Positions 37,427 to 51,450 of a stretch of DNA of 64,000 nt are shown piece by piece (positions within the stretch are counted from its first letter, which is position 1; each line of letters opens with the position of its first letter). The notes under the pieces were generated by a model. That model searched no databases, was not told where the DNA came from, and saw only the letters and a program-made list of their open reading frames with translations. The position numbers and the translations under genes were made by a program. The stretch comes from Gnetum montanum (taxonomy: Eukaryota; Plantae; Gnetophyta): the NCBI GenBank assembly GCA_015680685.1, contig MNCI01001077.1:501627-565626 (forward strand). The letters run 5' to 3'.

Positions 37427-40400
37427 ATGAACATGAAACAACAGCTATCAGCTCATTCTGCCCTTTGTTTATTGGCAGGAGCAAGCCTGATGGATTGTCA
37501 GCGTTTATCCACACCCTTGATCATCAATGGACCATATGGAAACATCACAATAGAAATCGACATAAATTCCATCAACTTAGGTACATCAATGGATGACATA
37601 ATCATAGCCTCAATGCAACAAATGCTAGATAGCTACAAAGGTATCACAAAATATTTCGACATAGAAGCCGATAGCATCACTGAAGACCCGTTGACTGAAA
37701 CCCCCATCACTATGCCTGATGATGAAATTAAAATATTAAGATTAAGTACACTATTGCAACCTCAACTGGAAAAATACATAGAAGATGTGCTTCGAGACAA
37801 CATAAAAGCATTCGCTTGATCTTACATTGACATGTCTGGGTTAGATCCTCAAATCGTCTAGCACAATATTATCCTTGATCCAAAATTGAGGCCATTAAAA
37901 CAAAAGGCATGAAAGGTTAAACCTGAGGTAGCATTGACAGTTCACAATGAGATCACCAAACCTTATCAAGTAGGTTTTATTTGGGATGTCGATTATGCCG
38001 ATTGGGTATCCAACATGGTCATTGTCCCAAAAAGAATGGAAGCATTCGCTTATGCATAGACTTCTAGGATCTCAATGTTGCAACCATAAAAGATGATTTT
38101 CCCCTACCCAACATCGATCAACTTGTTGACTCGACTACTGGGCATGCCCTATTATCTTTTATGGATGGCTTCTCAGGATACAACCAGATATGCATTAACC
38201 TAGAGCATCAGCTCTGTACTACTTTATGACACCATGGGAAACCTTTTGTTACACAATGATGCCCTTCGGTCTCAAGAACGTTGGGGCCACGTATCAAAGG
38301 GTAATGACATTCATTTTTAGCGATTACATTCTGCACTCGCTCAATGACTATGTGGATGATATCATGGTTAAATCAAAGACATCAAAACAACACGTACAAG
38401 ATCTTAACCTAGTACTAAAGTGTTATTTAAAATATGAGCTGATACTTAACCCAAAGAAATATGTCTTCAGAGTCAAAACAGGAAAAATGCTTGGATTCAT
38501 AGCCTCAGAAGTAGGGATATGAGCAGACCTTGATAAAGTTAAGGCCATAACAAACTTAAAAACACCTAGCAACCTTACCGAACTTCGAGGTCTACATGGT
38601 AGATTGCAGTTCATCAGGCGTTTCATAGAAAAACTAACGGACAAGTTGAAACCTATGAACCACTTGCTACATAAGAACGTCCATTTTGAATGGACTCCAC
38701 AGTGCCAGAAAGCATTTGACAATATTAAAACAACACTTGTTCAACTACCTACGGTTTATCCACCTCAAAATGATAAACCATTTTACATCTACCTTGCCAC
38801 TTCAAACTCGTCAATTGCATCCATGCTTTGCCAAAAACAAGATGATGGAACCAAAGTCCCTGTCTACTACTTAAGCCATGCATTAGTAGCCCATGAGAGG
38901 AAGTATCACGAGGTGGAGAGGTTATGTCTAGCCCTAGTATTTTCCTTAAAAAATGGTGACATTACCTCTTCCATAACCAAGTCAATATAATCTGCAAGGA
39001 TAATGTGCTAAGAGCCATCCCAGGAAACATTTATGAGTCAAGTAGAATAGCCCGTTGGAAAGCCATGATAGCTGAGTTTGACCTACACTACATAACGCAA
39101 TCATTAGTTAAGGGTCAAGCAATAGTGAATCAAATGACTGTGTCAACAACGCATGATCAAGAAACGATAGAGCTAGAGTTCCTTGATGAAAATGTAAGTG
39201 CAATAGACATAGTACCAGATGACTACGATGCCTTTTTGAACTTTGATGGAGCATCCACCTCTCGAGGGGGAAGTTCTTCCGCCATCATCACCTATCCCTC
39301 TGGGGAGATCCACCCCTTTTCTTATCATTTCGAATTTCATTGTACCAACAACATAGCAAAGTACGAAGGTCTCCTTAGAGGTCTCATGGCAGCACTAGCT
39401 TCAGACATCACACAACTTGTGGTCAGGGGAGACTCACAACTGGTTCTGAACCAAGTCATAAATATTTATACATGCAAAGTGCAACATTTACAACCATACT
39501 GTGACTTAGCCAAACACTTAATGAAGAAATTCGAAAACACGAATGTGCAACATGTCTTTAGAAATGATAATACCATCGTAGACGTACTAGCCACGCTAGC
39601 GCTAAACATATTGCATGACATGTTTCATATGTTGCCAAGCTCCATAATTAGTTGTGCTAAACTTGTAACCAATACTCTCGATATATTACCAATTGCATCC
39701 GTTAGTACAACAGATGCAGTAGAATGGTATGACGACATAAAAGAGTACCTTCTACATGGTGAAACATCACGACATCTAAGGAATGCACAAAAAGACGCAG
39801 TACGAAAACGTTCTCGACAATATACACTGGTAGGGGACACATTGTGCCATCGATCCTACGAAGGCATACTGCTAACATGCGTTAGTAACGCTAATGCCCA
39901 AACCATCGTTGAGCAAGTACACGATGGACTATGCGGAGGACATATAGCACCTAAAGAAATGGCAACAAAAATAAGACGCTTAGGCTATTATTGGCCACAT
40001 ATGGAGTATGATTGTCTCTACAAGGCTAAAATGTGTAGTGTCTGTCAAAAACATAGTAATCTGATCCATGTCCCACCAAATGAGTTGCATATAGCATAAA
40101 TCACATGGTCCTTTCAAAAGTGGGGGTTGGACCTTATCGGACCAATAACACCCTCATCTTCCGTAGGGCATAGCTTCATCATAACCGTGACAGAGTATTT
40201 CACGAAGTGGGTAGAAGTTGTTTCCATTTGAAAAACCACATCCAAACACGTATGTAACTTCATTCTTGAAAACATTGTGACCCGTTTTGGCATCCCCATG
40301 ACCATCATCACCGATAACGGGCCACAATTCAGCAGTGCCAAAACCAAAACATTCTGTGAAAGTCTAGGCATCAAGAACCCAATTTCATCCCCTTACTACC

Positions 40401-40963
40401 CTCAAAGTAATGTGCAAGCTGAGGCCACAAATAAAACCATCATTACAGTACTTAAAAAGATGCTTACCCAAAGCAAGAGAAGATGGCATGAGCAGCTGGT
40501 ATACGCACAGTGGGCTTATCGTACTATGCATCGGACTTCAACAGGTAAAATGCCATATAGTCTTGTTTATGGTTCAGAAGCTATTTTACCCTTGGAATTA
40601 TAGGTACATTCTTTAAGGATCACACTTTTCGGACTCCTCGATGAAAGGAAAAATAATGACCTATGCATCATTGACTTGGACTTGGTGGAGGAAGAACCCA
40701 TACATGCACTCGATCAGATTGAATGGTACCAAAAACAACAACGACAACACCATCGGCATGATGTTCATAAGTGCCCTATCAAGGAAGGTGACCTTGTACT
40801 TAAGGTCGTTTGGGAACACCTAGACAAATTCTCAGCCAACTAGGAAGGGCCCTACTTGGTCACCAAAGCATACGACAATGGAGCATTCAATTTGGCTGAT
40901 ATGGAAGAGAATGAGCTTGCAAATCTGAACAATCACTTGTTCTTGAAACCATTCCACATTTGA
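37427..40963 (+). pseudogene. pol: pol of element C: RT, RNase H, archaeal-type RNase H (aRH), integrase
   Basis: RT: RLCIDF.DLN, LSFMDGFSGYNQI, MPFGLKN, YVDD. RH: PVYYLSHAL..E. aRH: FDGAS..CTNNIAKYEGL..GDSQLV. INT: HDGLCGGH..CSVCQKH, GLDLIGP, TDNGPQF, QAEATNK, EGPY. Several stops and frameshifts. Confidence 0.95.
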
Positions 40964-40980
40964 GTACAGGCTTAGGTACG

Positions 40981-41350
40981 TGCTCGTCTTGGAATCATGA
41001 TGGTAAACTGATACCACAGCTCATCCTGGAATCATGATGGTAAACTGATACCATAGCTCGTCCTGGAATGATGACGGCAAACTGATACCACAGCTCGTCC
41101 TGGAATCATGATGGTAAACTGATACCACAGCTCGTCCTAGAATCACGATGGTAAACTGATACCACAACTCATCCTGGAATCACGATGGTAAACTAATACC
41201 ACAGCTTGTCCTGGAATCAGGTTTGTAAACTGATACCATAGCTTGTTATAGAATCACGACGGAAAACTGATACCACATCTTGTCCTGGAATCATGATGGT
41301 AAACTGATACCACATCTCATCCTATAATCATGATGGTAAACTGATACCAC
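40981..41350 (+). repeat. 37-bp tandem array x10 in the 3' UTR of element C
   Basis: Unit agctcgtcctggaatcatgatggtaaactgataccac, head-to-tail, starting 18 nt after the integrase stop. Confidence 0.95.
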
Positions 41351-42586
41351 AGAATGTCCGCAAAGACAATAAACTAGCACCCATCCAGTACGACAGTAAA
41401 CTGCCATAGTTGCATTCACGAGAGTCCGCTAAGACTATAAACTGGTTTGCCTCTGCACGGTCCGCCAAGACTAGAAACTAGTAATGTACCATCCATCACA
41501 ATGCTAAACGGGAAATTTCCAATGGATCATGACATAAAAATAACCCATGATAGTCAGCTATGACTATAAAATGGTAATTTTCTCTCTGATACCTTGATCT
41601 ATGGCTGCAGCCCAACTTCATCAGAGCCGCTGCATTGCTCACCATTAGCTGATCCTACCAACGTTGCTGCCATTCATATACAGTGCCTGAAATGTCATTC
41701 GGTACCTTCATTTCATCAATAGCTATTTAAGTCTAAGCTTACTTACATACTCATGGTTTTCTTGTCTTCATGGAGTTGTGTTTGCAAGATGACACTTAGA
41801 GGTGTTTGTACAAGAATGCACTTCGTCATAAGCAACAAGGTGAGACATTGTTCACAGCACATGTGACAAGACTAATCAAGCCATATACTAGTACATCCCC
41901 CATTTCATATCCCACCTATCCCTCAACATCTCCTACTTGGTTACATCCCAAACAGACCCAGTACAGCCTAAAACATCGAACATACTATTGCACACTATGC
42001 CACTCTTAGGTGATTGCAACCCACAACATGTCATTTGAGCATGTGAAAAAGATAAAAAAAAACAAAAAAAAACTTTGTTCCTTCCCACATAAAACACAAA
42101 ATGGGATGGTAGTTGCCTCGAAAGCAAATGCTCGTGTCTAAAACAATCAAGAAACATCCCATTGCATAGCTTTGGCTTTCGGCCAATAGGTTCCCCCTAA
42201 ATAATAAACAAGGGCCTTGTTCCTCCAAAGAATGCAACACATCATTACATGGCATTGGTTTTGCCAACAAGTCCTCTTGAACACTAAGCAAGAGTCTTGT
42301 ACCACCAAAGGACGTACATATCATGATTTGATCCCAAGAAGATAAGCATGGCCCGAACACATACCTGGACATCCTCTTCATCACGTCATGAGCCCTTCAT
42401 TGGTTACCAATCCCTATAGTTTCCATTTCCCTATCTAATACAAATTTCACTTTCCCAATCCTATATACTACTGAACATGGTACGATGACATCTAACTAGG
42501 TGGCAAAGGACAATGTCTCTATCAAGTTGCTTGTGATGTTTTGCACTTCTTTATTGATGCTTCTCAGGTCGATTCTTCCAAGCGTC

Positions 42587-42602
42587 AATAAAGAGGGACC
42601 AA
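42587..42602 (+). other. Polypurine tract of element C
   Basis: aataaagagggaccaa immediately precedes the 3' LTR; homologous to aaagaagggccaa at 58090. Confidence 0.85.
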
Positions 42603-43976
42603 TGAAACACCACAAAATTCTAAGCTTAGTACTTATCCAAAAAGAATCGAGCTTGAGGGCCCCACAGACAGCTTCAAGTAGAGTCGGACTCAACAAGGAG
42701 CAGTTCCCTGGGACCCGCAGATAACCATGACGACATCTGCTATCAAAAAATGGTAACTTCGGAGCTCAAGATACTTAGTCTTCACTATGTATGCATTATC
42801 AGCGTATGCGCCCAGCGTACACAACCTGCATACACGCCCAACATACATGCCTCACATGAACACTCAGCATGTATGACTGATGTATACGTTTGGTATACAA
42901 CCCCCAAAGATTGCAAGGAAACAGCGCTGCAAAGCAAGACTTTGTATAGAGCATCAACTCACATGAATAGAGCAATCATCAAACGCTGACATCATGCATT
43001 CTAAAGTTCATACGTTGAGCATGCACAACCTACATGCCCAACGTATATGCCTAGCATGTACAAAGTGTACAACTAGTGTCGGATCAAGGTCAACCGAGCT
43101 AAACATCCACAGGTAGCACCCTCATGGCATCCGAATTCAAATCTGAAGGCCAAAAGACTTCTTTTTCTTTGATCAAGTCTGTATGCCTAGGTAATATTCC
43201 TAGCATGTATACGCTAGCGTGCAACGGTATACGTTGGCGTACAGCGGTTTACGTTGGTGTGTAGCACGCTGTATACTTGTAAACTTTCATTCTTTTGCAC
43301 CCAGTCAACGCGCCACATGTCACCCGACCCGAGAATCCAGCACTCCACAGCCAATCATCCCCTCTAAAAACCTGAGTCCCATGTCTACACTTTTATAAAA
43401 ATCCCAATTTTTCACTAGACCGGGGTTGGCAATTTTGATAAAAAAACTAGAGAAAAACAGAGAAACAGAGATGCTGAGAAACCAGAGAAAAAACCTTGTA
43501 TTCTAGATCTCAACCCTACACACTGAGCATACAACTTTTACGCTATGCCTGTAGTTGAACCCAGCACACAATCATCCCTGCATCCACCGGGGCTATTCGT
43601 CCGCCTTGTGTCAGAGTCAAAACTACGTTAGACTGGTGCATTGTAACTTTCATTTTGTAATAATATTGTTACATTTCTTTGCTAAAATCTGTTATATTTT
43701 TTCATTCATTGTTACACGTTTACTGCTTACGCTTCTATAAATTTATGTTACGCTCTGTTTTACATTCGTTACGTCGTTTATATATAACCCAGCGTACAGT
43801 ATATCGGTGTACATTCGGGGAAATCCTTGCCTGATCCGCATGCCGACCACTCAAGGTACTCTACCTTTGTTAATTCCAACTTGCCCTCAAGTGAAGGTAG
43901 GATCTTCTATGCATGTCCAGAGATCTCCAGGTTTCTATTTCATTCCAGCTAGAAACCAACGATTTCGGACTGTACA
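42603..43976 (+). repeat. 3' LTR of element C
   Basis: Direct repeat of 25463-26861, ends ...ggactgtaca. Confidence 0.95.
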
Positions 43977-45941
43977 AGAGGTCAACGATTTTATCAAGTC
44001 TAAGCTGTATTACCTCGCTCGTCATTCCCTCAACAAAGCCTTTGCTCAGACTAAGAGCATCCATGATGCAGTGGAGGCTAGTAAAGATCCGGCATATATA
44101 GTCTACAAAATTCTCATAGCAAGGATAAGGATAAAGGCAAATCTGTGACAATGATAGTGGCGATGGTTGTTGAGGGGGCCAAGATGAAAAATAACAATAA
44201 TAAGAAAATGACTGCAGAGCCTGCCGAGCTGACAACTAGCTCAAATGGCATCCATCAAGAAGCACCTAACACCCCCAAAGTACCCCTGCAACTAAGGCCA
44301 AAATTTGAGCGTAAGGATAGCTCAAATTACGCAACTATACCTATGAAGCCTTCAGAAGATTTGAAGCAATTACTGGGAATCAGTCACATTCGACATAAGG
44401 TGATGTCCAAGGAGGCTCTGAAATTTCACAGGCACCATTGTGAGTTACTCAAGAACCCTTCCTTCACCCAGCCTAATGAACCACCTATTCACATGAACTT
44501 TAGGCTAGACTGATTCTATGACTCCCATCAATTATTTGGTCATGACATGGATTATTGTTGGGCGTTAAAAGATGACATTCAACATATGATTGATCAAGGT
44601 AACCTAATCTTAGACAGTAGTAGTCCATCTCACTTAGAAAAACAAGCCATGCATGTGTACCAAGGCCTGTTAAATGCAAATAACACAGGGTACACAATTA
44701 ACATGGTAGGAGTAGAGGGTGATAATCGGGCACAGTCGAAACAACCTTTCGTGTTGTGAATGCATCCTCGCTCTCCCCGAACAACAAATCCATCAACCTT
44801 GACAAGTGATGCTCCAAGGAAACCTTTTATCCTTGGAGCCCCTCTCTAGACAACTTCTTGACAACCTATTGTTGGTAAAGCCACGGCCCAGCCCACACCT
44901 ATGCCTAAGACTCCCTTTCTCATCAAGGTACCAAAACCATCAACCGCCCCTCCTGTGCAGGGGAAAACCTCCAAGTTAATCCCTCGATCCAAACTTAATA
45001 GAAAAGGAGGAGGAGGTATGACAATTGGTACAACCAAGGATCATATTACGCTGGGATTTTCCAAGCCTAAACCCCTCGCTTTTGTACCCTTGGCCCAATT
45101 TTCTAAAAATGGTGAAGTTATGCAAATGCAACCATCTCCTCCTAGCCAAAAGAAACATAGCCCTCAACCAAATGTCACTCCTCCCTAAGAAATTTATCTC
45201 CTAGGGTGAATGGAAAAGGAAAAGGATGACAAGCAGCCAGATCGTGGGTGGGATCTCTTCAACGCCTTTACGCAAGTCAAATAGGCTCTAAAACAAAACA
45301 ACACAACATTAAGCCTCTATGATTTACTCATGATGTCACAAAAACATCATGAGACTATGGTTCGTATGATCACATCCATACCCATGAACGAAAGCCTATC
45401 CATGGATGAAGAAGCGATTCATTCCATTATGCTTTCTCTCACGGTTGAGAAACTTGGGCCTTCCTTATTAGCCTTTCACAATGAATCCATTAAGGATGAC
45501 CCAAAAAAGGGTCAAGTAACAATGGCATCCATGTTCATCACCATTTGGGTTGGCCAACACTAAATTCAGAGTGTGCATGTGGATGATGGGACGACCACTA
45601 ATGTCATCCCATATCCCATAGTGAATAAGCTAGGTCTGATCGATCAGATCATTCCTACCACAACATCATGTTTAAAGTTGTTCAACAGGGCATGAGTGCA
45701 AGTCAAAGGCATAGTGCACATCAACTTTGTGGCATGGGAGCAGTTCCCCACGGACGCAACCTTTATTATCGTCGAAGAGATGCTTGGCTTCAACTTGATC
45801 TTGGGGAGGTCTTGGTTGGCTCAACTGAGGGCAGTTTCATCACCTATACATCACGAGATCCATTTGCCCTACATCGGAGGAGAAGTGGTTATCCACGGTG
45901 GTGAAATAACCCCTCAGGCTATTAATAACATAGAAACATAG
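43977..45941 (+). pseudogene. gag: gag-protease of element B, 3' part
   Basis: Resumes VNDFIKSKLYYLA; HQLFGHDMDYCWALK; protease VHVDDGTTTNV and GFNLILGRSWLAQL. Confidence 0.9.
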
Positions 45942-47733
45942 AAACATAAGTGTCAGTGCTATGCTCTCACTTCCCCTTGCTACACTCTAGAGTGTAGCTA
46001 GCATGGCTAGCATTGGACTTCAATCTTTGTAGAATTTGCCAAACTGTTAGGCTACAATCCAAAATGTAGATATCATAGTAATGCAAGATAGTCTCTAAAA
46101 GCTTTCAAAACCTAGCATCAGTCTTCATCTTAGCTTTGACATTCCTCTAGTAAGCATGAACAACAATTCATATTTCTTTTTCATCCCCCACCTATCCCCA
46201 AAATTGTACATATGCTTGATCCTACTCAAAAGTGGGGAGAACAAAGTCCTAGAGTTTCACCTCTAAATTGCACTATTTTACATTGTTTGTAGGTACATTG
46301 TAGTCTTTTCAACTTTGGCACATGCAGTCTTGGTAGTGTAGTCACAATCTGGTAATCTATTGGGGTCCATTGAAGTACAATGGAGCATAGCACTAGTTGC
46401 TCTAGTGGGAGCGTAGTTGGGTCTAGTGTAGCCACAACTACCCTCATGCCACATGGTGTCCAATCCATACTTTACATCAAAACTAATCCTATAAATAACC
46501 CAACATTTCATGTTTTAGGGGTTCGCAAAATTCAAACTTTGGTGGACATTTTTTGGTCAACAACTTTGCATTTGCATGGCATTTTCATCACTTGATAAGA
46601 CTAAAGAAAATTGAACACCCCTACACCCCAGAGTGCTCAACACCTTAGCAATAACTTTGCATCACTATAGCACACTGTAGCCTACAGGACACTATGTTAG
46701 CCAACCCAGTAGGTGCAAACATCATGGAAAATATCAATTTCCACAACTTGAACACCCTAGAGATTGTGACTACACTACCTACTATGCCTATCTATACATT
46801 GGATACCTCCTCACTTCTCCTTTGCAATTGCTATGCTTCTCCCGATTTAAGGTAGTACCATTCTTCCTCTTTATAACTCCTTTATATTTCCAAGCATTCT
46901 CTTTGTCATTTAGCATTGCATTGATATTTTTTTACTATTTTTCACATATTTGCACATTTGCACTATCATTCTCACACCAAGAGACCTTGTTACACTTGGG
47001 CTTAGTCAACCTTGGTACCACCAAAAGTACCATGCAAACCCATAGAACGCATTAATCAAAATACTCCGTAAGTACTATTTTGATAGAAAATACCATCTTA
47101 AGTGCTCTACCTCAAATTTTCCCCTCAAACAATGGCCCTTTAGATAGGATTAGGGTTATGATTGTATCACAGCTATAGATCCCTTGACATGATCATTCCA
47201 GCCACTAACATTTTTGATTACTATAGTTTTCTAATGCTAGAATGAGGGTCATGCAATTTTCTTCTACATTTAGTGGTAGTACCATGTGCTGTCTATACCT
47301 CTGTTACTAGTTTTCAGCTAGTGTAGACTTGACATCCTTGTGGACCTACGATAGTAGTAGCTGGATTCTAGGCTAGTGTACAAGTTCTCTACAAGTGAGT
47401 TGGTATAGATTGGACCTAGTTCTCAATTCCCCTAGAACCATGCTAGATGAAAGCCCAGGCATATCTTTGGCACTTAACCAAAACTTTCGATGCTTGGGAG
47501 AGCGTAACTAGCTCTCAGCAATAGAGCATAGTTCTCTCCAACATAGCGAGCATGCCACCAAGGTTAGTCGCTTTTCTGTAGCATTTTTAGAGTTATCCAT
47601 TTTTTGGTGAATTTCACACTTGGCCATTTTTTCAAAATTTTTCAACATTTTTGTACTTAGTCATTTTCTTAGCATTTTCTATACTTAGCAATTTTTTTCA
47701 ACATTGTAACTTTTGCACTTTTTGTATAGCATC

Positions 47734-50700
47734 ATGAACCCCAAGATACCTTTGACCTATTCCTTAAGAGCAGTTGTTGCCTAGCCTATCTAGTAGGTGA
47801 TACAAAGTAATCATCCCCCCACTCCTATACTAGAACAATGGTACTCACTCAAACTACGCAATCAACCTCTTGGGTACATGGTACTCAACAACAAAAAATA
47901 TAACTTTCTTTGCATGAAAATCCAAGTGGGTCTATCCCTAGATTTCAAAGAAATGGATGCAAAATAAATTTATGAAATTATACATTAGAATGGAAGGGAA
48001 TGCCTCCCTGCCCATAATGATTTCATCCTGCTCACTAAGACCTCTAAATGGATGCTCGACCAACTCATTTGACTGAGGTAGTTAAATGAGAACGACATGG
48101 AAACTGACTATGAGGAGCCCCTATAGGATGCATAGGATGAGTTCAAGGCTCATTCAAAAAATGATAATCCCTTTTATGCCTCTTTCTAGTAGGTTACCTC
48201 TAGTTTCATCCCTCTATAGTCTTAGTCATTTTCCTTCTTTAAGGTGGTGACATCCCCCACCGTCACCTCCCAGGTCACTGCCTATGATGAAAAACAACCA
48301 AATGTTGCATGCACACCAAGGTACAAGATGATTTGACACCCTTCCTTTTGTCATCTTGGCATAGTCTATGCAAGCCTCCATGTTAGCATCTATGATGTCA
48401 ATGTAGCCCTATGTGCACATGCTGCAGATGTCCTAGCCACACATGAGCTAGGTGTCCTACATCCTACCCATCTTGTTGCTGCCACCTACAATAGCCCAAG
48501 CCACAACCATGTGGTGGGTCCTCACCTCTATGTCCATGGCATAGCAATGACATAGGCAACAACACACACACTAGGCATCTCACATGGTCATGTAGCCCAT
48601 AGTAGGATCATGGGCTACTCAAAAAACATTGGGGGTAGCACAATCGATGTAGCCAACTACACCCATCCCAAGCTTGGACCAAGCATTCCAACTCATTTAG
48701 ACACTCACTAAGGAAGTCAAGTGACTGAAGGTTACCTCCTTCAAAATAGTTCTTATGATGGACTTTTACCAGGATAACCTAATTTTTCTTGTATTCCCAT
48801 CACTAACCCTACCTCTTGGAATCCAACTTCGCTAGTTTACCAAATATAATAGTGAGGGGAACCCTAACACCCATCTAGTGACATTCCATTATGAATGCCT
48901 TCAATTGCAAGCATGGGTACATGCAATCATCCATGCATTTTCCATGTCCCTGATTGGAAAGGCACTAGATTGGTACTACACACTTCCTAGGGCATCCATA
49001 TCTACCTTGGAAGAATTACTTAGTTAATTCATCACTTGCTTCAAGTACAACTTGAAGCCTAGGACAACCTTAAATCAAGTAATGCAAATCAAGCAAGACC
49101 AGTTAGAGCCTGTGCAAAAATTCATTCAATGCTAGAGTGCCACCCTCAATTAAATTCATGAGCCCATTACAAAAACCCATATACTAGCTATTTTCAAAGT
49201 TGTAGTGAATGACTTCATCAAGTTGAAACTATACTACCTTGGCTTTCACTCCTTAAGCCAAGAATTTGCTCAAAAAAAGAGCATTTAGGATGTGGCAAAG
49301 GCTACTAAGGACCTAGCCTATGTGGCCTACAAAAATGCACATGAAAATAAAGATAAGAAAAAGAGCAAGGAAACCACAACTATTGCAATGATGGCCAATG
49401 TGGCCAAGCCAAATAATGTCAAACCAACAACCAAGGAACCTAAGGCCCTAGCTAAAAATAAGGCATCTAGCTCTAGCACTATGGTGACCAACCAGTCTAC
49501 ACCATTGATGGTCATGGGGCAAGCTACCCTAGGGTCAAACTTTAAGTGTAAGGACTACTCAAAGTATAACAATTGTCCATCAAGCCATTAGAGCTCTTGG
49601 GTCATCTTTTAATGTTGGGCCTATCTAGTATAAGCATATGTCTAAAGATGCTCACAAGTTCCATGATCATGCTCCTATGAGCTCCTTAGAGATCCATTAG
49701 TTACTACACCAAAAGATCCTTCGGTCCCAAAATATTTCAAGTTGAACCAATTCTTCCATTACCATCAACTACATGGCAATGACACAAATTTCTACATGGC
49801 CTTATGAGATGACATATTATGCATGATTGACCAAGGTGAACTAATCCTTGATGTAACTAACCCAATTCAAAAAGAAAATTAATCAATGAAGGTCTACAAA
49901 GGCCCTCTTAATGCAAGAGGCACAAGCCATGTTATCAATGCCATCAGAATTAAGGATGACTTAGACCCAACACAAGAGCCATTCATGGTTGTTATTTCCT
50001 TTGGCAACAGTAGGGCCTCCTCAACATCAACTAGTTCATGGTTCCCTTTTATCATCAAAGCACCACCTTGGGCATCCATGAAAACCTTTGTGGTTAGGGC
50101 CCCATAACATGTTACAGCGATAGAAACCTAGACATCTTTTATCATTATTGTGCCTCAATGTGTGGATGCCTTGCCTACTTAAAGTCTAGTGGTGGGGACT
50201 ACGTCAAGCCCTACTTGCCCAAAGCCTCATCCTGCATACAACAATAGGTAGTTTAGGTGGTATCGTGGAACGACAAATGAGCACCTCACTGACAAAATGA
50301 TTAGGGAACACATGGAGCTAGGTCTACCTAGGTCCATCCCCTTGTCTTCCATTCGTATGACCACATTGACTGAAAAAACTATCACAAGCAATCAACAACT
50401 AAGAACTAAGGCTCAAAAGTGGACATAACAATCCACACCCATATATCCTCCCTAAGAGATATTTCTCTTAGGCCACATGGAGGAGATGAAGGCCAATAAG
50501 GCAATTGATAGTAGTAAGTATTTCCTAGATGCATTAGCACAAGTCAAATAGGCTCTAAAATAAGAGCACATAACCTTGAGCCTATACGACTTGGTTATAA
50601 CCTCCTCTACTCACCATGAAGTACTACTTCACATGTTGACCTCTATTCCTATTAAGGAGGGCATCCTAGTGGATGAACAAGCCATCCACATTGTGATGTT

Positions 50701-51450
50701 TTCTCCTACACCATAGGAATTGGGTTCAACATGCTCTTAGCATTATAGGACAAGGTGATCAAGGTTGACCCTGAAAAGGGTCAACTTGTCACTGTGCCAA
50801 TGTTCATAACAATGTATATAGGGCAATGCAAGATTCATAGTGTGCATGTTGACAACAAGGTATCAACTAATGTCATCCCATTCCCATTCATTGATAAGTT
50901 TGGTCTTGCTAGCCAAATCAAACCTACAAAGACAAAGTGCATGAAGTCCTTCAATGGGTCACATGTTGTCATAAGGGGAATGGTCATGATAGCTTTCATG
51001 GCAAGGGAGCAATTTCCCACAACAACTAAATTCATTATCATCGAGGAGATGCCCAGGTTCAACCTGATCTTAGGAAGGCCTTTCCTAGCCTAATTACAAA
51101 TTTTCTCTTCACCCATCCACCAAGAGATCCACCTTTAGGATGAAGGTGAAGAAGTGATCATACATGGTGACAATGTAGCCCCTTCAACCATCAACAATGT
51201 TGACAAAAAATAAGGGTTAGAGTTACAGTTCCTTGATGACATGCTTCTCATAAAGAATGAGGGTTAACCTTATCATGTAGACCTTCCTAAGTAACAAAAA
51301 TATGTTGACAACATTCCTAGGAAAGCTCTATCGGTAGAATTTCCCTTTAGCATCATGGATGAAGGTCTAGGTGAATATTTCCTTATACTACCCTAGCCCT
51401 ATGCATCCCCAACCAACATTAAGTTAAGAAGCAACTACATGACTAAGGTA
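47734..51450 (+). pseudogene. gag: gag-protease of element D
   Basis: YNFLCMKI..GRECLPA N-terminus; DFYQDNLI..KYNSEGNP; protease VHVDNKVSTNV..FNLILGRPFLA (ORF 50755..51093). Confidence 0.85.

Larger units (their letters stand above)
25463..43976 (+). mobile_element. Full-length Tat-clade Ty3/Gypsy LTR retrotransposon C (18.5 kb): LTR-PBS-gag-PR-[antisense gene]-RT-RH-aRH-INT-PPT-LTR
   Basis: Paired TG..CA LTRs, PBS, PPT and a degenerate 5-bp TSD (agcag / agagg). Removing the element and one TSD copy restores host gag KGAV-NDFIKSKLYYL. Confidence 0.95.

Noticed and set aside
39005-40099. Longest ORF (364 aa) with archaeal-type RNase H as a horizontally acquired novelty
   Set aside because: An aRH between RH and INT is an established hallmark of Tat (Ogre/Retand-type) elements.
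40981-41350. 37-bp repeats resembling a CRISPR array
   Set aside because: Units are head-to-tail with no unique spacers, there are no cas genes, and the context is a plant retrotransposon 3' UTR.
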